Origin: Pseudobacteriovorax antillogorgiicola
Lineage (GTDB): Bacteria > Bdellovibrionota_B > Oligoflexia > Oligoflexales > RGVZ01
Length of the DNA stretch: 64,000 nucleotides
NCBI GenBank assembly: GCA_945865565.1
Contig: CAMBEK010000005.1
Span: 54,056 to 118,055 of the forward strand
Direction of reading: 5' to 3'
Each line of letters starts with the position of its first letter. Within the stretch, counting starts at the first letter, position 1. Position numbers and translations under genes: made by a program. The notes beneath the pieces were generated by a model, which saw only the letters and a list, made by a program, of their open reading frames with translations, did not search any database and had not been told where the DNA came from. Positions 58,426 to 64,000 of the stretch are shown in pieces.

Positions 58426-59451
58426 TCAGAAAAAATCACGGTAAGAAAATTCAACTTTCATCGGCAGGATCCAAACCGGGATGCCAGATGCTTTCATGAT
58501 TTCCGGATCGCGCCAATAATCTTTCGAGGTGGTTACAATTGCATCAGCGCCATTCATTGAGCCTGAAGTGAAATGATCTGCGTGAAAGCGGGCGTGATCC
58601 TTCACTGTGATCACACGCAGGGGCGAAACCCCGGCAGCCGCCAGAGCTTTTAGAAACGATCCCGGACGCGCTATACCGCAAAGCGCAATGGGATGAAGCG
58701 GTAACTTCTGCCCGCGGCCTGCAGTCGAACCGGTCGCAACCACCGGCTGGATCGCGCCATAAATGATGCGGCCCTGGCTCTCCCGAACGCCACCTGGCAA
58801 CGCCATCGACTTGGCGGGCTGAACACTGTCCCGGCCGCTCAAGCGAACGACCGCATCCGCACGCCGAAGGGCACTGACCGGCTCCCGCAAATTTCCGGCA
58901 GGCAGCAGCGCATCGCCCACAAATTCCTGCGACAAAAGTACGATGTCTACGTCACGTTTTATCCGCCAATGTTGAAATCCATCGTCAAGGATCACATGAG
59001 TCGGCAGGTATCTGGCAAGAAAGTCAGAAAAAATTTTAAAGGCGTGTACCCGGTCACGCCCGATAATCACTGGAACGGTTGGGTTATCTGCGGAAACCAT
59101 TCTGGCTTCGTCGGCCATCAAGACCGTCACGTCCTTGAGTGCAGCACCCGAGGGTCCCCGGACTTCAAGCAAATGCGAATCAATAAACAATGCCGCTGCA
59201 TTTCGACCCAGAGCAGAGCCATAACCTCGCCCGAGGATCACAGGACGATGCCCTGCAGCCACAAGTGCAGCAGCAAGCCCGGAGGCAAACGGAGATTTTC
59301 CGGTGCCCCCCACTTCAATATTGCCAACAGAAATGGTCTTTGGCCCCAGATGAAATGATCGAATCAGGCCTAAATGGTAAGCCATCCTGCGAATCAAAAT
59401 GATCACCAGAAAAACAAGAGACAATGGCAAAAGCAGGCGCCGCCACTTCAT
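58426..59451 (-). CDS. lpxK: Tetraacyldisaccharide 4'-kinase
   Basis: SVGNIEVGGTGKSP, GRGY, DE, LDDGFQH, LLPAGNLREP, TTSKD. Confidence 0.93.
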   Translation of the reverse strand: MKWRRLLLPLSLVFLVIILIRRMAYHLGLIRSFHLGPKTISVGNIEVGGTGKSPFASGLAAALVAAGHRPVILGRGYGSALGRNAAALFIDSHLLEVRGPSGAALKDVTVLMADEARMVSADNPTVPVIIGRDRVHAFKIFSDFLARYLPTHVILDDGFQHWRIKRDVDIVLLSQEFVGDALLPAGNLREPVSALRRADAVVRLSGRDSVQPAKSMALPGGVRESQGRIIYGAIQPVVATGSTAGRGQKLPLHPIALCGIARPGSFLKALAAAGVSPLRVITVKDHARFHADHFTSGSMNGADAIVTTSKDYWRDPEIMKASGIPVWILPMKVEFSYRDFF

Positions 59452-61229
59452 GACAGGTCGCCTTCTGCAGAATTGCAGAACGAAACAAAACGGGGCGCAG
59501 CAAGCAAGTCCTGATGGGTTCCCTTCAAGACCACGCCGCCATCTTCCACAAACCAGATCTCGTCAAACAAAGGCAACCATTGCAAACGGTGGGTCACAGC
59601 AATGACAGCACTGAGATTTAATTTAGCCGCAGCCGTGATGCGCCTCAAGATCGATCCCTCGGTTGCAACATCAAGCGCCGAAGTCGCCTCATCAAGAAGA
59701 AGAATATATTTCCGGCGCAGCAACGCCCGTGCGATCACCAGCCGTTGAATCTGGCCTCCCGAAAGATTTGCAACGAGAGAAGAAACCGAAGCCGAAAGCC
59801 CGGCCGGCATGGCTTCGACAAATTGCCGTGCATCAATCGAATCCAGTGCGGCCCAGATATCATCGTCGTCGCAATCAGGGACCCCATAGGCGACGTTCTC
59901 ACGAATGGTTGCCGTAAACAAAAACGGTTGCTGCGGAACTAGTGCCGTCAACTCCACCGCCGACTCCCAACTGGAGTCCGCACTCCAGCGATCTGGAGGC
60001 AGAAGTCCTGACAGCACCTTTAAAAAAGTGCTTTTACCGGCACCGCTCGGACCAACAACGGCAACGGATCTTCCCGGAACCAAAGTCAGATTCTGCGCTG
60101 AAAAGGATTTACCAGAACCGGGCCACTTAAATGAAATATCACGCACAACCAGAGGCAGCCCCGCCCCCGGAGCCGCCAAGCGCAAGCCAGACATCAGACC
60201 AGGCGGAAAAAACGGCTCAGGTCCACGGGCATCTGTTGCTCCAGAACGGAGCATCTCAAAACACTTTGAGATCGCCCCATGCGTCTCATGATACCGGGCC
60301 AATTGCTCGCCCATGTCGCGCATGGGCTTCACCATAAAACCAATGGCCACCACGAATTGAAGGAGCAGTTCGCTCCCCTTTTCGCCGTTTGAAGCGAATC
60401 CGATCCAACCCCGGTTGATCGCAAGGATGAATCCCGCAAACACTGCGAAACCAAAAAATTCCAGCGCGGGCGCAAATGCCGAACGAACAAGAATGCTGCG
60501 GGTGATCATTCGAAAGTACGATTCATTTGCGGACTCGTATCTTTGAAAATCAAAGGCCTCACCCTGTTGGGCACGCATGAAATCAAACCGGCCGCGGACC
60601 TCAAAAACAAGATCCGCCATCCGTCGCAATGATTCTTGAACCGCACTTGAAAAGCCGGAAATGCGCTTACCCGTGGCGCCGGTCGAACGGGCCGTCAACG
60701 GCATCACCAACAGCATTACCACCGCAGATGGCCAATGCAAAAAAAACATTGTGGCCAGGCTGGCCAAGACAGCCATCCCGCCCCTCAAAAAACTGGTCAT
60801 GACCTCGGAAAGGCGAGTTTGAACAAAGGCTACGTCATTAACTAAAATGGACATCCATGATCCAGGCGAAACCTGCGCGAGCTCCTGATAGGACTTGCCG
60901 AGGATTGCCGGGAATAACTTGTCACGCAGAGCCGCCCCTGCAAATAGGCTGAACTCTTGCTGCAGCCGGGTATACATGTAGGTTCCCCAAGACTTTGCGA
61001 TGCCAGCAACAAGAACAACAAGAGGAAGATACATCACAAGGGAACCGTGCTTCCCATGCGGGCTGTCAAAAAACGCCACAAGAAAACCTTTGACCAGAAA
61101 GATCACCGTTGCCTGGGAAATCCCAAGCACCAGCAAGGCTACAAACATCCCCGCGACAACCCTGGCATGGCGCCGCGCCGTCCACAAAGCAAGATCGGGG
61201 AGTGATCTCATGAGACGCCTCCCAGCCAC
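59448..61229 (-). CDS. msbA: MsbA-like ABC exporter
   Basis: TMD plus GPSGAGKST, LSGGQ, LLLDEATSALD; between lpxB and lpxK. Confidence 0.75.
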   Translation of the reverse strand: MAGRRLMRSLPDLALWTARRHARVVAGMFVALLVLGISQATVIFLVKGFLVAFFDSPHGKHGSLVMYLPLVVLVAGIAKSWGTYMYTRLQQEFSLFAGAALRDKLFPAILGKSYQELAQVSPGSWMSILVNDVAFVQTRLSEVMTSFLRGGMAVLASLATMFFLHWPSAVVMLLVMPLTARSTGATGKRISGFSSAVQESLRRMADLVFEVRGRFDFMRAQQGEAFDFQRYESANESYFRMITRSILVRSAFAPALEFFGFAVFAGFILAINRGWIGFASNGEKGSELLLQFVVAIGFMVKPMRDMGEQLARYHETHGAISKCFEMLRSGATDARGPEPFFPPGLMSGLRLAAPGAGLPLVVRDISFKWPGSGKSFSAQNLTLVPGRSVAVVGPSGAGKSTFLKVLSGLLPPDRWSADSSWESAVELTALVPQQPFLFTATIRENVAYGVPDCDDDDIWAALDSIDARQFVEAMPAGLSASVSSLVANLSGGQIQRLVIARALLRRKYILLLDEATSALDVATEGSILRRITAAAKLNLSAVIAVTHRLQWLPLFDEIWFVEDGGVVLKGTHQDLLAAPRFVSFCNSAEGDLS

Positions 61230-62377
61230 TCCTCGATGGTTTTTGCGGCGGTCAGGGCAGCGCCTCCGGCAAGACTGCTATTGACCAGACGGAGCCCCGC
61301 AATCTGACGACCGCGAACAGACTGGTCTAACAACAGATCTTCGACCTGCCGGGCGACATGAATAGCATCAACATTCTGTACGAACTCAGGAACGACCTCG
61401 GAACCCGCGATCAGGTTCACCAAACTGACATGCTTGATCGAAACCAATTTACTCATCAGGGCATAAGAGATCGCCCCCATTTCATAAACGACCACCATGG
61501 GAAGTTCTGACAAACCACATTCCAAAGTGGCGGTTCCAGAAGCGACGACGGCAACGTCTGCCACTGACATCAGCTCAAGGCTGGATCCATGATGAACGTG
61601 CAAATGACGAAGGCCAGAAAAATGGGCCCGAACGAATTTCAAATCCAGATTGGCCGCAACGGGCAGTGCAAAAGTGATTCCTGGCACAGCCGCCTCGAGT
61701 TGCCGCGCAATGCGAACCATGAGTGGAGCAATCGCTTCAATTTCACCCTTGCGGCTTCCCGGCAGCAACAAAACAACCGGCTGCGTCGCCCGGTCGCGAT
61801 CAAAGCCAAACATCGTCCGGTCCACTTTTACCCGGCGAATTCTGTCGACATGAGGACAACCCACATACCGGTATTTGATGCCACGCCCGTGAAAAAATTC
61901 TGCTTCAAAGGGAAGTATTCCAAGGACGCCGGAAAAATCGCGACGAAGGCGCTCTGCCCTTCCTGCTCCCCACGCCCAAAGTTTCGGGGCCACATATTGA
62001 TAAACTGGAATCCCAAGCATTTTAAGGTGCTCGGCCATGCGAAAGTGAAACCCAGGAAAATCAACGGTGATAACAAAGTCAGGCTGAAGGCGCTCAATCG
62101 CCGCGAAAATCTTCTTCTCGAGCAACGCGAGATCGCCAATTTTTCGAACAACCTCTGCCACTCCCATCACACTCAGCTCTTCAATTCCAGCGATACTCTC
62201 CACGCCGGCCGCATTCATGGCCGGGCCAGTTATCCCGAAAAAAGATGCGGAGTGAAAAACAGAACGCAGGCCCGCAACGAGATCAGCCCCGAGCAGGTCA
62301 CCGGAATATTCGCCGGCAGAGATAAATATTTTTTTAGGTAAAGATGCCAAATTACAACCGGCCCTAGCGGCAAACAC
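61208..62377 (-). CDS. lpxB: Lipid A disaccharide synthase
   Basis: SAGEYSGD, DFPGF, YVAPKLWAW, LPFE, LPGSR, SGTATLE. Confidence 0.95.
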   Translation of the reverse strand: MFAARAGCNLASLPKKIFISAGEYSGDLLGADLVAGLRSVFHSASFFGITGPAMNAAGVESIAGIEELSVMGVAEVVRKIGDLALLEKKIFAAIERLQPDFVITVDFPGFHFRMAEHLKMLGIPVYQYVAPKLWAWGAGRAERLRRDFSGVLGILPFEAEFFHGRGIKYRYVGCPHVDRIRRVKVDRTMFGFDRDRATQPVVLLLPGSRKGEIEAIAPLMVRIARQLEAAVPGITFALPVAANLDLKFVRAHFSGLRHLHVHHGSSLELMSVADVAVVASGTATLECGLSELPMVVVYEMGAISYALMSKLVSIKHVSLVNLIAGSEVVPEFVQNVDAIHVARQVEDLLLDQSVRGRQIAGLRLVNSSLAGGAALTAAKTIEEWLGGVS

Positions 62378-63149
62378 CGCGTTTGCTGGCTGCGAGGAAA
62401 TCTAAAAATTTGGTTTTGACACCCTCATCACCAACTTCAGCAGCGATCTTGGCGCGTGCGTCGTCAATGGTGAGGTTCTCACTGTAAATGAATCGATAGG
62501 ATGACTTCACATCAGAGACCTGGGATTGGCTCAATCCAGACCTGCGAAGCCCAACCACATTCAATCCGCTCGGCTGGGCCCGGTTGCCATGAACCATGAC
62601 AAAAGGCGGCACGTCCTGGGTGACGATTGCCCCGGCGGCAACCATCACCATATCCCCGACAAGGCAGAACTGGTGCAATGCGGACAGACCACCGAACACA
62701 ACTTTGTTCCCGATCAAGGAATGCCCTGCGATTGCCACCCCGTTGGCAAAGATGCACTCGTTGCCAATAATGCAGTCGTGGGCAATATGCGTGTAGACCA
62801 TGAACAGATTGCCATTACCAATGACGGTCTTCCCACCGCCGCCAACGGTACCAAGTGACAGGTTGGCATACTCGCGAATCATGTTGTCGGCGCCGATCAA
62901 CAGCTCCGTATCTTCCCCGCGGTATTTCAGATCCTGGGGCATGGATCCGACGCTTGCAAAAGAATGAATCCGCGTGCGGGCACCCACGGTGGTGCGGCCA
63001 TCGACCACGGCATGGGCATCGACAATGACATTATCGGAAAGTTTTACCTTTGAACCGATGATCGCATAGGGCCCAATCTGGACGCCCACGCCCAATTCTG
63101 CACCCGCATGCACAAAAGCAGTCTTGTGAATCTGGTTGTGTTCCGCCAT
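62364..63149 (-). CDS. lpxA: UDP-GlcNAc acyltransferase
   Basis: Hexapeptide repeats, PQDLKY, IREY, HIAHDC, HQF. Confidence 0.95.
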   Translation of the reverse strand: MAEHNQIHKTAFVHAGAELGVGVQIGPYAIIGSKVKLSDNVIVDAHAVVDGRTTVGARTRIHSFASVGSMPQDLKYRGEDTELLIGADNMIREYANLSLGTVGGGGKTVIGNGNLFMVYTHIAHDCIIGNECIFANGVAIAGHSLIGNKVVFGGLSALHQFCLVGDMVMVAAGAIVTQDVPPFVMVHGNRAQPSGLNVVGLRRSGLSQSQVSDVKSSYRFIYSENLTIDDARAKIAAEVGDEGVKTKFLDFLAASKRGVCR

Positions 63150-63173
63150 GACCCCTCTCTGACTACGGGCGCG

Positions 63174-63641
63174 TTAGCGCATCAGGGCTGAAAACTTTGC
63201 CGTCGCGACTGCTTCGCCGTCAACGAGAGCCGTTGCATCGAACCAAAGAAAGTGAGCCCGCTGGCGCACGATCTTGACCTCATAGACTAGTCTATCACCA
63301 GGGCGGACCGGTTTGCGGAAACGGGCCTCGCTGACATCGGAAAGAAGGCAACCCGTGGCCGTCCCGCCGCTAGCCAGATGACCGTAAACGGCAGCCGTCT
63401 GAGCCAGCCCCTCAATGATGAAAACCCCAGGAAGAACCGGATCCCCCGGGAAATGACCCTGAAGGGCTGACTCAGAGATTGAAATATTCCGGTAGGCGAC
63501 AATCTTGTCCCCCGGGACAAGACTTGTCACCCGGTCCACCAGCAAAAATGGATAGCGGTGGGGAATGCACTTTTGGATGGCTTCCGTATCCATTGGCATT
63601 GCGGGAATTTTAATTTCAGCGACCTCAGCAGCGTGCTTCAT
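63174..63641 (-). CDS. fabZ: 3-hydroxyacyl-ACP dehydratase
   Basis: PHRYPFLLVDR, GHFP, PGVFIIE, FRKPVRPGD. Confidence 0.95.
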   Translation of the reverse strand: MKHAAEVAEIKIPAMPMDTEAIQKCIPHRYPFLLVDRVTSLVPGDKIVAYRNISISESALQGHFPGDPVLPGVFIIEGLAQTAAVYGHLASGGTATGCLLSDVSEARFRKPVRPGDRLVYEVKIVRQRAHFLWFDATALVDGEAVATAKFSALMR

Positions 63642-63647
63642 GGTGGC

Positions 63648-64000
63648 TCACTTTTTTGATTTGCCAGAGTTCTTTTTGGCTTCTTTGGCGTAGCGATCGA
63701 CAACTTCCTTGGTCAAATCGACTGGCTCTTGCAAATATAGCAACCCAGCAGAATTAGACTCGAATACGGCCTCGATGCTGCGCTCCTTGGCGATCTTCTC
63801 AACCAACCCGGCAACTTTCACCGCAATCCCCTGGGTTGCCTTTTGTTCCTTGCGCTTGATATTTGCCTGAAACTCCATCTCGGCATTGCGAAGGGCAAGA
63901 AACTTCTCTTGGAAATCCTTTTGCTTGTTCATCCGGGCTTCCTCGGACAAGAGGCTGGCCTTCGACTTCCACTCATCGTTCATTTTATCGAGCTCTTCCT
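63648..64000 (-). CDS. skp: OmpH/Skp periplasmic chaperone, 5' end outside window
   Basis: LLSEEAR..KQ, IAKE, DLT.EV; directly upstream of fabZ. Confidence 0.8.
   Translation of the reverse strand, partial: EELDKMNDEWKSKASLLSEEARMNKQKDFQEKFLALRNAEMEFQANIKRKEQKATQGIAVKVAGLVEKIAKERSIEAVFESNSAGLLYLQEPVDLTKEVVDRYAKEAKKNSGKSKK

Overview
Gene-dense bacterial chromosome window. Gene content (futalosine-pathway MqnA, PilZ proteins, Rsm22-like protein, OPT transporter, beta-barrel/OmpA protein, many orphan lipoproteins, recurrent sigma28-like motifs) suggests Bdellovibrionota/Oligoflexia or a related lineage (inference). Core genes include tsaD, rsmA, rlmD, kynA-dapC-dapD, gmhB, prfC, slyD, mqnA, hemL, clpB and a skp-fabZ-lpxA-lpxB-msbA-lpxK lipid A operon. 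Accessory elements are (1) an MNT-HEPN toxin-antitoxin pair plus two convergent AAA_14/DUF4143 ATPases with palindromic upstream sites (27.4-31.0 kb), (2) a DUF4258/DUF2283-like toxin-antitoxin cassette between 85-bp direct repeats that duplicate the 3' end of the upstream gene (35.7-36.5 kb), and (3) two CGTC-type REP clusters, one enclosing a GTAG-like palindromic insert. Best candidates for undescribed biology: a DUF455 ferritin-like di-iron domain fused to an ATP-grasp ligase (divergent from an Mpo1-like gene), and a putative sigma28/FliA regulon of orphan genes including a papain-fold-like exported protein and a three-repeat Cys-rich lipoprotein. No tRNA, rRNA or CRISPR array was recognised. 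All family calls come from motif recognition by eye; no database search was run.
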